Sequence record: DRR723986_6626 | Length of the DNA stretch: 41,977 bases | Direction: 5' to 3' (one strand) | In this document: positions 1 through 10,800 of the stretch, one piece after another | Layout of the letters: the number at the start of each line of letters is the position of its first letter | How positions within the stretch are numbered: position 1 is the stretch's first letter | The notes under the pieces: generated by a model | Databases searched by the model: none | What the model saw: the letters and a program-made list of their open reading frames with translations, nothing else | What the model was told of the DNA's origin: nothing | Translations under genes and position numbers: made by a program

Positions 1-48
1 TGGTCTGCATTCTGGTCTGCATTCTGGTCTACATTTTGGGCAAGGTTT
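1..48. repeat. 12-bp tandem repeat (TGGTCTGCATTC)n encoding DQNA-type repeats in the partial lipoprotein
   Basis: Units tggtctgcattc, tggtctgcattc, tggtctacattt, then a degenerate tgggcaaggttt. Confidence 0.8.
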
Positions 49-182
49 TGGGCTGCGGGCTCGTTGGAGTCAGCAGTGCAGGCGGGCAGAAGCCACAGGC
101 ATAAGAGCATGCAGCTGCAAATCAATACCGATGGAATCATGCGCTGAACCATGCAGCAATTCTCCAAAATCCTGGATGACAT
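1..182 (-). CDS. N-terminal part of a probable lipoprotein (runs off the left edge of the window)
   Basis: ATG at 182 overlaps the TAA of the upstream ATPase gene (TAATG). Manual translation: MSSRILENCCMVQRMIPSVLICSCMLLCLWLLPA-C-TADSNEPAAQNLAQNVDQNADQNADQ, i.e. a hydrophobic stretch, a lipobox-like LPAC and a low-complexity linker. Not in the ORF track because it is truncated. Confidence 0.65.
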   Translation of the reverse strand, partial: MSSRILENCCMVQRMIPSVLICSCMLLCLWLLPACTADSNEPAAQNLAQNVDQNADQNAD

Positions 183-3100
183 TACTGAATAATATTGCGG
201 CGCTGCAGGATGCGCACGATTTGGCGGTAGAGCATCAGGCGTACACCAAACTCTCCGACTTCGCGATGCAAAACACCCTTGTTGGCCAAAAAGTTTAAGG
301 TCAGGCGTGCCTTGTCCTGCGATATTTTGAGAATCTTACTCAGCTTCGGAACGTCCGTTGAACCATGCTGCAGAATGGCGGCCAGCACAAAGTAGTCTTC
401 TTCGCGCAGCAGGTCTATCAGGGCAATCTCGCGGTCTTCAACCGGTATGATGCGTAGTTTCTGCCCGTCGTGTTCTGCAATCGATTGCAGCCAGATTTTA
501 ATCATGACTGCAATGTTGCCGTCGGCAGTTTCGTGCAGTGCGTCAAAGTAAGCTGTGCGCCTGTATTCGATCTTTTCCTTTTCGTCCGTCAGCTTGCGGT
601 ACTTGCGGCTGGTTTCCTGGCGCGGCGAGAGATTAAACTCCACCTGATAACCGCTGAAACGATGACGCTGCATGATGACCTGCTCGGAATCCTTGCGTGA
701 AATCGCCGAGAGGAAAAGCACAAGCGGGAAGTTGCGTGATACACCGATAGCCAGATCCAGAAACTGCCAGGCATACTGCTTGCAGGATACGACCCAGAAG
801 CAGTCGCGATAGGTCTCAGCCATAAACAGCAGGAAGTCTTCCATCACCTGGAAACCATCCATCGTGCGCAGGTACATGCGCTGGAAGTCTTCCACGATGA
901 AGACGACGGGTTTGTCAATCCCAATAATATGCTCCCGCAGGGCGGGCAGGTCGTCAATCATCGAGTTGCCAATCACATGTCCGAGCTTGTTGGCCAGGCT
1001 CGGGCCGCTTGCACTAAAGACATCGCTGGAGACACGAAAAATCTCGGTATTCTGGAAACAGCGCTTTTCAGCGAAATTAAGGACGCTGCTTTTGCCGCTG
1101 CCGCTTTCACCAATTACAGCCGCTGCCTGATATTGTCCGGCGCGCCAGGATTGGTAGGCCGCCGATAATTTTTCGAGCTCGGTCGTCCGGCCGATCAGGA
1201 AACGATCATCGGAGAGCGGTTCCAATGCAAACAGGCGCTGGTACACATATGGCAATCCGTTGACGCGCTTTTCGGCGTCGAGCACCATGCGCTGCAGGTT
1301 TTGATGTTGCTGCTCCATCGGCCGCGCCAGGCCGATGCGCGTGCGCAGGCGATCGTACTGTGAGGACAGGAACTCACGTGTGCGGCGCAGACTGCCGACC
1401 ATGCGCGGACGCAGGTAGCGCCGGTAGACCTGCAGGCGGTAGCGCACATCCTGCACGCCGGCGCGCATCTTGGTGCGCGTGGCCTGCAGCTTCAGATCCG
1501 TCAGTTTTTCAGTATTGTGCAGCGTGCGCAGCTCAGTCACAAAACTGTTGGCCGTTTCGCGAATTCCGCTGTTTACCTGCTCCTCCAGCGCGTCCATCCG
1601 CGCTGAGAGCGAATCGATCGAGCTCTGCGCCCGCTGAATACCCTCAGCCACAATTCTGCGGGCCTTTTCATTCGGGCTTTCCGGTGAGCCTTCCGTCTCT
1701 TCGGTATGGTTGCGGAGCGTTTTCTGCTGGTCTTCAGGCTCCTGCAGCATTTTAATCGCCGCAGCCGAAGCATAAAAGATCATGTCGTCAATATCGGAGA
1801 TACCGCGCATAATCTCTTCGCGCTCAGTCACAATCGTATCGCGGACGCTGCGCAGAGCCTTCTGCAGGTCGCGCATAAAACCATCGTTGACAATTGTGCG
1901 CAGGGGAATGTGGCCGGTCTCAGAATGTGGCGGGTTACCTTCGGCGTCACGCTCCAGGAAAAAGCGCTGTGTGGTGGGCAGGCGATTGCACAGATCCGCA
2001 AAGGTCGTAGACATCGAGCCGACAACCGCATCGTATTTGATTGAAAGTACCGCCTCAATCAATTTAGGAAGTATGTGATCCGCACAGCGCGCCAGAATCC
2101 CGTCTGAGAGCTTCTGTAGATTCGTCTCAAATCGCTGTGCCGACGCGTTTGTTGAGAGAGAATCAATCGATTCTTCAGCTTCTTTGAGCATCACCACGGC
2201 GCTGTCAAATGCGACGCGCACCGCCGCGGCATTTTTCTGCTGTTCCAGCTTCGCCGCGCCGCTGTGGAAAGCGGCCGAGGAATCAAACTCCAGGCGACTG
2301 AATAGTACGTGTTTGCGCCAGTCGTCAGTCTCACCGCGCATATGTGTCAGCCACTCATCGCGGTAGCGTTTGGAGACGCGCTGCCAGGAATTCAGTTTGC
2401 GTTCCAGCGCGCGCTTTCCAAAACTGGAGGGCCGCCGCAGGAGCGTGCCTGCCAGTTTCCATGCCTGAATCACGGCGCTGCCAACATCCTGGTTGAGTGC
2501 TTCAGCACGCGCCTGCAGTGTTTTCAGCGATTCATTCTGTTCGGCGCGTAATTCCAGCACTCGATCGCGCGATTCGGCCAGCAAAGTCTGCGTGGCCTCC
2601 AGGTCCATCGCAACGCCGCTGCCTGCGTCCTTGAACAAATCACCCTGTAAAATCTGGGTATACAGGTCGCTGGAGATTTTGCGCATTTGATGAATCTGCA
2701 CACGCAGCAAATCCATATGCCGCATCCAGGCGCGTCGGTGCAGTTCAGCCAGCGGTAAGAGCGCGTAGTATTGCAAAAAGTCATGCAGCGGAAACCGACG
2801 TAAAAACGGTGGTGGGCCCTGAGATGCCTGCAGATCGGCCTGACCGTCCACATCTTCAGAGTCTGCTGTTTTGCGGCGCGTAAAACCCGTCAGTCGCCAC
2901 CAAAAATTGCGTAGCGCTGCGCGTTGACGATAAACAGATTTCCACAGCTTCACCGGACCGCGATCACTAACTCCGCTAGCCCAATCTTCCGGTCCCATGT
3001 GCAGTTCTACCTGCGCCGGAACGGTTTTGAGAAGCTGTGCACAACGCGTCGCCCAGGCCGCATCCATCGTTTGTGGCACGAACAGCTCATCGTCCATCTG

Positions 3101-3436
3101 CGCTTTTATCCAGCCCGAAAGCTCGTCTGCGTGCAGCGCGATAGCGTAGAGTGTTGTTGAAGAATCGGATCTGGAGGCTTGTTCAGCCAGGATCTTGGCC
3201 AAAGATTCAATGCGCGTCAGGAACTCATCCAGCACTACGGCCTGTGTGCTGATCCAATCTTGCAGTCGGGATTCCGCGGTTTCCAGCGCGGCCTGATGCA
3301 CTTCACCAATCAACAAGACAATATCAGGCGCACCAGCTTTTGCGTGCGGCTCTGCTGTGATCAGATTGGGTTGCAGGGCTGGGTCACTTGGGGCAGCGTC
3401 GGGGCTTTCCTGGTTGTCCAACTGGCGATTATCCAT
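182..3436 (-). CDS. Large alpha-helical/coiled-coil protein with a C-terminal AAA+/P-loop ATPase and winged-helix-like end
   Basis: Walker A GESGSGKS, Walker B VFIVED, and LIGRTTEL preceding the P-loop. About 750 aa of helical N-terminus. Likely start is ATG 3436 (MDNRQ); the ORF track opens at 3529. Confidence 0.8.
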   Translation of the reverse strand: MDNRQLDNQESPDAAPSDPALQPNLITAEPHAKAGAPDIVLLIGEVHQAALETAESRLQDWISTQAVVLDEFLTRIESLAKILAEQASRSDSSTTLYAIALHADELSGWIKAQMDDELFVPQTMDAAWATRCAQLLKTVPAQVELHMGPEDWASGVSDRGPVKLWKSVYRQRAALRNFWWRLTGFTRRKTADSEDVDGQADLQASQGPPPFLRRFPLHDFLQYYALLPLAELHRRAWMRHMDLLRVQIHQMRKISSDLYTQILQGDLFKDAGSGVAMDLEATQTLLAESRDRVLELRAEQNESLKTLQARAEALNQDVGSAVIQAWKLAGTLLRRPSSFGKRALERKLNSWQRVSKRYRDEWLTHMRGETDDWRKHVLFSRLEFDSSAAFHSGAAKLEQQKNAAAVRVAFDSAVVMLKEAEESIDSLSTNASAQRFETNLQKLSDGILARCADHILPKLIEAVLSIKYDAVVGSMSTTFADLCNRLPTTQRFFLERDAEGNPPHSETGHIPLRTIVNDGFMRDLQKALRSVRDTIVTEREEIMRGISDIDDMIFYASAAAIKMLQEPEDQQKTLRNHTEETEGSPESPNEKARRIVAEGIQRAQSSIDSLSARMDALEEQVNSGIRETANSFVTELRTLHNTEKLTDLKLQATRTKMRAGVQDVRYRLQVYRRYLRPRMVGSLRRTREFLSSQYDRLRTRIGLARPMEQQHQNLQRMVLDAEKRVNGLPYVYQRLFALEPLSDDRFLIGRTTELEKLSAAYQSWRAGQYQAAAVIGESGSGKSSVLNFAEKRCFQNTEIFRVSSDVFSASGPSLANKLGHVIGNSMIDDLPALREHIIGIDKPVVFIVEDFQRMYLRTMDGFQVMEDFLLFMAETYRDCFWVVSCKQYAWQFLDLAIGVSRNFPLVLFLSAISRKDSEQVIMQRHRFSGYQVEFNLSPRQETSRKYRKLTDEKEKIEYRRTAYFDALHETADGNIAVMIKIWLQSIAEHDGQKLRIIPVEDREIALIDLLREEDYFVLAAILQHGSTDVPKLSKILKISQDKARLTLNFLANKGVLHREVGEFGVRLMLYRQIVRILQRRNIIQ

Positions 3437-3674
3437 AGGCCTTGGGTCGAAGAATGCTTCAAATTCACGTGTCTTCACAGTTCGCGGCACGTGTTTCCTG
3501 CGGGCTGCGCTCCCCAGGAATTTGGGCAAAATAGCACATTCATGCCAACAGTGGCTTCAAAAATTAGCTGCGGCGCATAATTATGCCATTTCCTCGCAAG
3601 TCCCAATACTGCCAGATTCTCAAAAAGTTGGGTGGACGTCACAACCATAAACTCGGGTTTGGAGGCTTGGAGCG

Positions 3675-3763
3675 GCGCTTTGAGCCCCATGCTGCGCCCC
3701 TTGTTGATTTGGGCTTAGCAGCGGTCTCAGGCTTGTATCTTGCTCTTGTTAGTCGCTGAGTCC
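3675..3763 (-). repeat. Intergenic repeat family, copy A
   Basis: Minus strand reads ggactcagcGACTAACAAgagcaagatacaAGCCTGAG-accgctgctaagccc...gggcgcagcatgggg-CTCAAAGCGC, matching the copies at 28632, 35596 and 35772. Confidence 0.7.
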
Positions 3764-3822
3764 AAGGCTGGAAGGCTCCGGGACTTTCAGTATTTTTTTC
3801 TGACCAGGCATCAAAAACGGGC

Positions 3823-6800
3823 TCAATGCTGCCGGAGTTCGCGCAATTTCATCAGTTTTTGGCTGAAAAGATTGAAGCGCATCGGTTTGCTCATGTAATC
3901 GTCCATGCCCACATTCAGGCAGCGTTCCTGGTCGCCCTTCATTGCATTGGCCGTCATCGCAATGATAGTTGCGGGTTTGGGCAGGTCACCGGTCTGCTCT
4001 TTTTCGCGAATAATTCTTGTGGTCTCATAACCGTCCAGCACCGGCATCTGGCAGTCCATCAGGATGATGTCGTAATTTTTGCGGCGCAGATAGTCGAGGG
4101 CTTCCTTGCCATTTTCGGCGTGGTCGGCAGACATATGCAATTTACTCAGCATCTTGAAAGTCAGTTTCGTGTTCACCGGATTGTCTTCCACAACCAGGAT
4201 GTGTGGCTCTGTGTCTTCCGTCTCAGCTTCGTTAATACTGGTATTGTCAGCCCGCGTAATCTTCATGCCTGCCGCCGTGCTCTCATGTGGATCCAAGGCC
4301 GTTCCACTGCCGGATTGCAACGGCTGGTGCCGTAGAAGGTCTATCACAGTATCCAGCAGGCTGGAAAGGACAATTGGTTTGGGCAGGCAGTATAACCACG
4401 GCAGTTTACGCCAGGCGGCTGAGCGTGTTTTGTTGTTGATAAACACCAAAAAGCGCGAAGCATAGCCGCGGTCGCGTATCGTGTTGATTAACTCCAGCTC
4501 ACCGGCATCGCCGGTTAAATTGTTAAACACCACCAGGTCGTACTTATACCCATGTTTATGCAAACTCAGGATTGAAGTTTGAGTCTCCGACTCGGATGCC
4601 GAGCGCACATCCGCACCCCAGCGTTCAAAATGTAGCTCCAGGTCGCTCCGTTCTTGCTCGTCATTGTCTACAATCAGCACGGAGCTGCCGCGCAGCATCT
4701 GCAGCAAATTGTCCTCTATCTGCGGAGTAAGGCCGCGTTGTTGTGGCTGGAAGGGAAGTTTAAACCAGAAGCGCGAACCGCGTCCATCAAAACTTTCAAA
4801 TCCAATCGTGCCACCCATCAGGTTTACCAGTTCTTTGCTGATCGCCAGGCCCAGCCCCGTACCACCATACTTGAGCGAATACGCTGAATTGAGCTGCGCA
4901 AACGATTCAAAGACGCGATTTTGAACGTCGGCCGGAATGCCTATGCCCGTGTCATAGACTTCAATCAGGAGTTGTTGTGTTGCAAAGCTGCGGTCAAAAA
5001 TCACCGAACAATCAACGTCAATCGAACCACTCTCTGTGAACTTAATCGCATTGCCAAGTAGATTAGTTAAGACCTGACGAAGGCGCATTGGATCGCCGCT
5101 AATCGGCGTGCAGGCTTCCTTGCTGATATTGCAGTTGAGTTTCAGTCCCTTTTCATTTGCGCGGATTGAAAGCATGTTCACCACACTGGTAATGACATCA
5201 TCAGGTTCAATACTCGTGTTGTTAACTACCAGCTTGCCGGCTTCAATTTTTGAGAAATCAAGAATGTCGTTAATAATGCTGAGTAGTGATTCACTTGCTT
5301 GGCCCACGGTCGTCGCCAATTCGCGTTGTTCGCTGTTAAGCGGCGTATCGATTAACAGGTCGGTCATGCCGATAATCGCGTTCATCGGCGTGCGAATTTC
5401 GTGGCTCATGGAAGCCAGGAAGGCGCTTTTGATTTTGGCAGCACTTTCCGCTTCCTGGCGGGCCGTAACAAGTTCTTGATTCGTCAGGCGCACTTCTGTG
5501 GTATCGCGGGCGATTGCGTAGATCAATTGCTGGCGCGTGTCCACACGAGCACGCCAGGAAAGCCAGCGGTAAGTGCCATCTTTGCAGCGGAAGCGGACTT
5601 CAAAGTCCATAATGTCTTCGCCGGACTTCATGCGGTCGCGGGCTACGCGGGTAGCATTCAAGTCATCCGGATGCACAAAGTCGACGTAGGGGCGCGACGT
5701 TAACTCTTCAATCGACCAGCCAAAGACTTCTGTCCAGGTGGGACTCATTTGACGAAAATAGCCATCTGTGTCGGCAATGCAAATCAGATCCAGCGTGACG
5801 TCAAAGAAGTAGTACTGCTCGTTTTTGAGTTTATTGAGCGTAGTGACATCCTGATACGCTCCATACAAACGTTCTGTTCGGCCTTGATTGCGAATTGCGT
5901 GTCCCATCACACGTACAATTTTTTGCTCTTTGTCGGCAGTAATCATGCGCAACTCGGAGTCGAAGCTGCGGCCGCGAATAATCAGATCATTCATGAGTTC
6001 AGAAATTGTGACGCGGTCATCCGGATGAAAGAAGTTAAGCGCCACGTCCGGCCTGGGGGCCTGCCCAACCGGCAATCCGTGAATGTAGAATAATTCATCC
6101 GACCATTCAAACGTTCTGGTGTCCGGAAAAAACTCCCAGCCACCGACTTTTGCCAGTGAGCCGGTCACCTGCATCAAACGTTCGCGAATCTTGAGCTTCT
6201 CGCTTGCCAGGTGCCGCGCCGTAATGTCACGCATTACCGCCACAAACTGTCGGCTGCCATCTACTTCCATTGCAGCTATCGAGCAGTGCACACGGATGCG
6301 CATATTATCACTGCGTATAGCTTCAAGGTCACACTCCTGCAGTGCCTGCAGCACGGTCGAATCGGGGTTTTGCAGATAGGCATGAATACATTCCTGCAAT
6401 CTTGCCGCCGATGTGTTTTCAAAGAGCGTTGTAATTTTTTCGCCTGAAAACCTTGCCTGATCCATCAGGAACAATTGTTCAAATGCAGGGTTGCAGCTGA
6501 GGATTTTCCCGCTGCCACTGAAGGTTACGTGCCCCTCTTGCATTGAATTCAAAGTGTTTAACAAGCGGTTTTGGCTGGTGCGCAATTTCTGCTGAGTCTG
6601 CCTGTGTTCCCGCACCTCACGGTTCATTACATCAATTGTCTGGCCAATTTTCAGATGTAAACCAACCACAATTGCAACTGCACTTATGAATGCAGTAACA
6701 AGTAATAAGGGCGTTAGAAGACTCTCCAAGGCGTCCGGCATGACTCCCGGAGATAAACCAGAAATTGCATTTAAATCAGGCGTGGAAAGCGTGCCAAGCG

Positions 6801-7518
6801 TTTGCGAAATCAAGAGAATCGCTGCGATTGTGCCGTTCGCAAAGATTGAAATTGTTAACCACTTTTGAAACAAGCCGTCGCGCCAGAAGCCGTGTGTTTT
6901 AACAAACACCAGGGTTGTCGCCACCAGTGCAAATGCCACAGGAATACATATGTTAACTGCGGTCGCTACATTTTCAGGCGTCATTGTAAATATGAACGGC
7001 AAAATCAGGCCCGCCAGAAATGTGCTTAAAAACACAAATAGCAGAGTATTTTTTCCCAGGGCGGCGGCTTTTGATGACCTGGCTGCAGTGTTTGAGCGTG
7101 ACAGCAGCAAGCCAAAACCAATACCGGCGGACAAAACCATGCGGGCGGCAACCCAGTAAAGTGTTACGTCAGGCGCAGAAGCTGTTGGATTTTCTAATGT
7201 GCCAACTATCAAAATATGTGCGCAGCGGATATCCAGGAGAGCGGCAGACAGCAGGGCCAGCGCAGTATACAGGTACAAGCGGTCGCCACTGTTGAAAAAA
7301 CGCAATAAAGTCATGCATCCCAGCAAACCCTGTATCAGAGCCGTCATCGGCTGCAATAGTAACATCAACTCAGGATCTGTGCCAGTGTTTAAGGTTCCCA
7401 TACTGACTGAGAACATCACAAGTCCCAGGCTGATAAACATGAGCAATGTAAAAAATTGGCCCGCAGGCCCCAGGCTCAATAAGCCAGGTTGATCGCGAAA
7501 TTCTTGTTCGTCTTTCAT
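3823..7518 (-). CDS. Membrane-bound hybrid sensor histidine kinase (MASE3-like TM domain, 3 PAS, HisKA, HATPase, degenerate REC, REC); HK1
   Basis: H-box FLASMSHEIRTPMN, N-box LRQVLTNLLGNAIKFT, G2 GGTGLGLAI, terminal REC ILMDCQMP...AMTANAM...SKP, multi-TM N-terminus. Likely start is ATG 7518. Confidence 0.93.
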   Translation of the reverse strand: MKDEQEFRDQPGLLSLGPAGQFFTLLMFISLGLVMFSVSMGTLNTGTDPELMLLLQPMTALIQGLLGCMTLLRFFNSGDRLYLYTALALLSAALLDIRCAHILIVGTLENPTASAPDVTLYWVAARMVLSAGIGFGLLLSRSNTAARSSKAAALGKNTLLFVFLSTFLAGLILPFIFTMTPENVATAVNICIPVAFALVATTLVFVKTHGFWRDGLFQKWLTISIFANGTIAAILLISQTLGTLSTPDLNAISGLSPGVMPDALESLLTPLLLVTAFISAVAIVVGLHLKIGQTIDVMNREVREHRQTQQKLRTSQNRLLNTLNSMQEGHVTFSGSGKILSCNPAFEQLFLMDQARFSGEKITTLFENTSAARLQECIHAYLQNPDSTVLQALQECDLEAIRSDNMRIRVHCSIAAMEVDGSRQFVAVMRDITARHLASEKLKIRERLMQVTGSLAKVGGWEFFPDTRTFEWSDELFYIHGLPVGQAPRPDVALNFFHPDDRVTISELMNDLIIRGRSFDSELRMITADKEQKIVRVMGHAIRNQGRTERLYGAYQDVTTLNKLKNEQYYFFDVTLDLICIADTDGYFRQMSPTWTEVFGWSIEELTSRPYVDFVHPDDLNATRVARDRMKSGEDIMDFEVRFRCKDGTYRWLSWRARVDTRQQLIYAIARDTTEVRLTNQELVTARQEAESAAKIKSAFLASMSHEIRTPMNAIIGMTDLLIDTPLNSEQRELATTVGQASESLLSIINDILDFSKIEAGKLVVNNTSIEPDDVITSVVNMLSIRANEKGLKLNCNISKEACTPISGDPMRLRQVLTNLLGNAIKFTESGSIDVDCSVIFDRSFATQQLLIEVYDTGIGIPADVQNRVFESFAQLNSAYSLKYGGTGLGLAISKELVNLMGGTIGFESFDGRGSRFWFKLPFQPQQRGLTPQIEDNLLQMLRGSSVLIVDNDEQERSDLELHFERWGADVRSASESETQTSILSLHKHGYKYDLVVFNNLTGDAGELELINTIRDRGYASRFLVFINNKTRSAAWRKLPWLYCLPKPIVLSSLLDTVIDLLRHQPLQSGSGTALDPHESTAAGMKITRADNTSINEAETEDTEPHILVVEDNPVNTKLTFKMLSKLHMSADHAENGKEALDYLRRKNYDIILMDCQMPVLDGYETTRIIREKEQTGDLPKPATIIAMTANAMKGDQERCLNVGMDDYMSKPMRFNLFSQKLMKLRELRQH

Positions 7519-7543
7519 TTGTGCTTCTCTACCCGGAATCAAG

Positions 7544-7566
7544 CAATCGGTAAATGTTCCCGATTG
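7544..7566. promoter_or_regulatory. Candidate transcription-factor site: inverted repeat CAATCGG-N9-CCGATTG upstream of HK1
   Basis: Perfect 7-bp inverted repeat. Its 13-mer ATGTTCCCGATTG (7554-7566) recurs exactly at 7706-7718. Confidence 0.45.
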
Positions 7567-7810
7567 AGTTTGGCCCCAATGCTATTCCAGAGTCAGCATT
7601 GTGATATTCTGCGTTATTCTTAACACAACTAACATAACTTATGGAGGGTAGCAATTCAATCTTAATCCGTTCCGCTCAGGGGACTGGATCTATGTAATTC
7701 AGGCGATGTTCCCGATTGGGAATGTATTTTTAGCGCTTTCTGTGCGGCTGTCAGGCCAACTTGAGTGATGTGTAGTTTTCGGTACGTGTTATTATGTAAT
7801 ATTTAGAATG

Positions 7811-10800
7811 TCAACCAATATTCTTGGAGTTGTCATTCTTTTTGTTAAGAGGGTGTCCCGCATGCGGCGATTCTGCATGAGATACCGCGGGTATCCAGCG
7901 GAGCAATGTTTCGCGAACATCCTTAAGCCGCATGGGTTTGCTGATATAGTCGTTCATGCCAACTGCCAGACAGCGTTCACGGTCTCCGGTCATTGCATTA
8001 GCCGTCATGGCAATGATCGTGAGCTGTTTTGACGATTGTTTGATCTCGCGTTCACGGATACGGCGTGTGGCGTCATATCCGTCCAGGAGCGGCATCTGGC
8101 AGTCCATCAGGACAACATCATATTCTGCGCGTTCAATTGCTTGGAGCGCCTCAAGTCCGTTCATGCAGCAATCCGCTTGTATGCCAAGTTTGTGAAGCAT
8201 TTTAAGGGCTACTTTTTGATTCACCAGATTGTCTTCAACCAGCAGGATACGTGAGCTGGTCGCAAGTTTGGGAATGTCGCTTAGCGCATGCGCACTTTCG
8301 GTACGTAAATCTGAGTGTTGCAAAACCTTGTTGAGGGACTGCAGGAAGGATGCCAGGCGAACAGGTTTACCAACAACTCCGGCAGTCGGTACCAATGCCT
8401 GCATGGCCGGCTTTTGTTTGGCATCACATAGAATCAACAGTTGAGTCTGCCGGCAGCGCTCGTCGTTGCCAATCGTTTTTTCTAACTCTGCAACTTCGTA
8501 CGAATCGCTGTTGATCACGATCAGGGCGGTTTTACGTTTGCAGAATTCCTGATTATCGATTGCGATCTGCGTCGCTTCACGGCTTGGGAACGCGCGAATT
8601 TCAGCGCCCCAACGCTGGAAGTGAGATGTCAAATCTTGTCGTTCCTGCTCATTTCCGTCGATCAGGATGACTGAAAGTCCGTTTAACATGCCCTGCAGTT
8701 TCTGTTCCAGGACGGCAAGGTCTTCAGGTTCCGCCAGGTCAAACGTTAAGTCAAACCAAAACGTTGAGCCTACATTAAGCTGGCTGCTAAACCCGATTTG
8801 ACCGCCCATTACAGATACGAGTTCTCTGGAAATTGACAGCCCTAATCCAGTTCCACCAAAGCGCCGTGTGGTGGAGGTGTTAACCTGGGTAAATGACTCA
8901 AAAATTCGCTCATGTGCGTCATCGGGGATACCGATACCAGTATCTTTGACCTCAAAGTGGACACATATTTTGCCATCTGATTCTGCAGACTTTAAACTAC
9001 ATTCAATTTTTACAGAGCCCTTCTCTGTAAATTTGATTGCATTACTTACCAGATTTGTCAGTATCTGGCGCAGGCGCACCGGATCACCTTTAACAATTCG
9101 ATTAACGTCCGGGCTGATATTTGCGCTGAACTCGATGCCTTTTTGACTGGCCCGCAGGGCCAGCAGATTAGCCACGCCATTGACCGCATTCTGCAGATGG
9201 AACTCAATGTTTTCTACATGCAGCTTTCCGGCTTCGAGCTTGGAGAAATCGAGAATGTCATTAATAATATCAAGCAGAGCCTCTGCTGACTGACTGACCG
9301 TGTGGGCAAGGTCGGTCTGTTCTGCATCCAGATTGGTGTCGAGCATCAGAGCACTCATTCCAATGATTGCGTTCATCGGTGTGCGGATTTCGTGACTCAT
9401 CGACGCCAGGAATTGACTCTTGGCTTGAGTCGCGCTTTCAGCTTCGGTCCTGGCCGCGACCAAGGCTGCTTCCTTCTGTTTAACATCCGTTATATCACGT
9501 GCCACGGCAAAGATGAGCTTGAGCGACTTGTCAAAACGTGCGCGCCACGCCAACCAGCGATAACTGCCATCTTTGCATTGAAAGCGGTTGTTAAACGTTT
9601 TAATCTCAACTCCGGCTGCCAATTCTACTTGAGTTGCAGTTGCATGTTCGAGGTCATCCGGATGTATTTTTGCCAGGTATGGCAGTGCCATGAGTTCTTC
9701 ACTGGACCATCCCAGCACCTCAAACCAGCTTGGATTAACCTGTCGAAATTGACCGTCGGGTGTAAGAATACAAATCAAATCCAGCGAGACATCAAAGAAG
9801 TGCTGTTGTTCGTGTTTTATCTGGTTAATGGCCGTGACGTCTTGCATAGCTCCATAGACTTTAATGGAGCGCCCATCTTTCTGCAGCACGCGGCCAAAAA
9901 GTCTGACAACTAATTCGTTGTTATTGGCAGTAACCAGCCGCGCTTCGGTTTCTCCAGCTTCACCGGATTCAATCAATCGCGTAACGTACTCAGCAACTTT
10001 ATTGCGGTCTTCGGGATGATAAAAGTTTATAGCATCCGCAAGTTTGGGAGGGGATGCAACCGGCAATTCGTGGATATGGAATACTTCGTCAGACCACTGA
10101 ATGCTTTGCGTCTGCAGATTGAGCTCCCAACCTCCAACGCGGGCCAGTGAGCCGGTAACATTCAGGAGGCGTTCACGGCGTTTGATATTCTCTTGAATTT
10201 TCCAACGTTCCGTTGTATCACGCAAAACACCACTGAACAATCGCTCTCCGTCAAGCTGTAATTCAGTGACGGCCATTTCCATTCTAAAAATCGAGCCGTC
10301 TTTGCGTTTGGCTGTGACTTCACGCTTTTTATCCAGAATCTGTTTTACTCCGGTCTGCCTGTAGTTATTAATATATTGATCATGATTGGTCTCATGCGGC
10401 GGAGTCATGAGTATTCTAATGTTTTGGCCGATTGCTTCTGCGCTGGAATACGCAAACATCTTTTCCGCAGCGGGATTAAATTCTCTGATAGTCCCTTTCT
10501 GGTCAATGATAATTTGTCCATCCTGCATTGTTTCCAGGATTGATTTATACAATGACTCACTTAGGTTCTTTGACTTGACTGCGGCTTCACGTTCAGCGAC
10601 TTCGCGGCTTAGATTCTGAAATGCATGCGCTGTGCTGATATGCAGACCGAAAATTACAATCGTCACTCGCAGCAGACCAAAAATGCTTGCAAAAGATGTG
10701 GCATCATGAAAGTTGCTCTCCAAAAACACGCCCTGCGCAAAACTTGAGGCCACGCTGACAGTGATCGCAATAAGCACACAATGTTGAAACAGGTCTTTGC

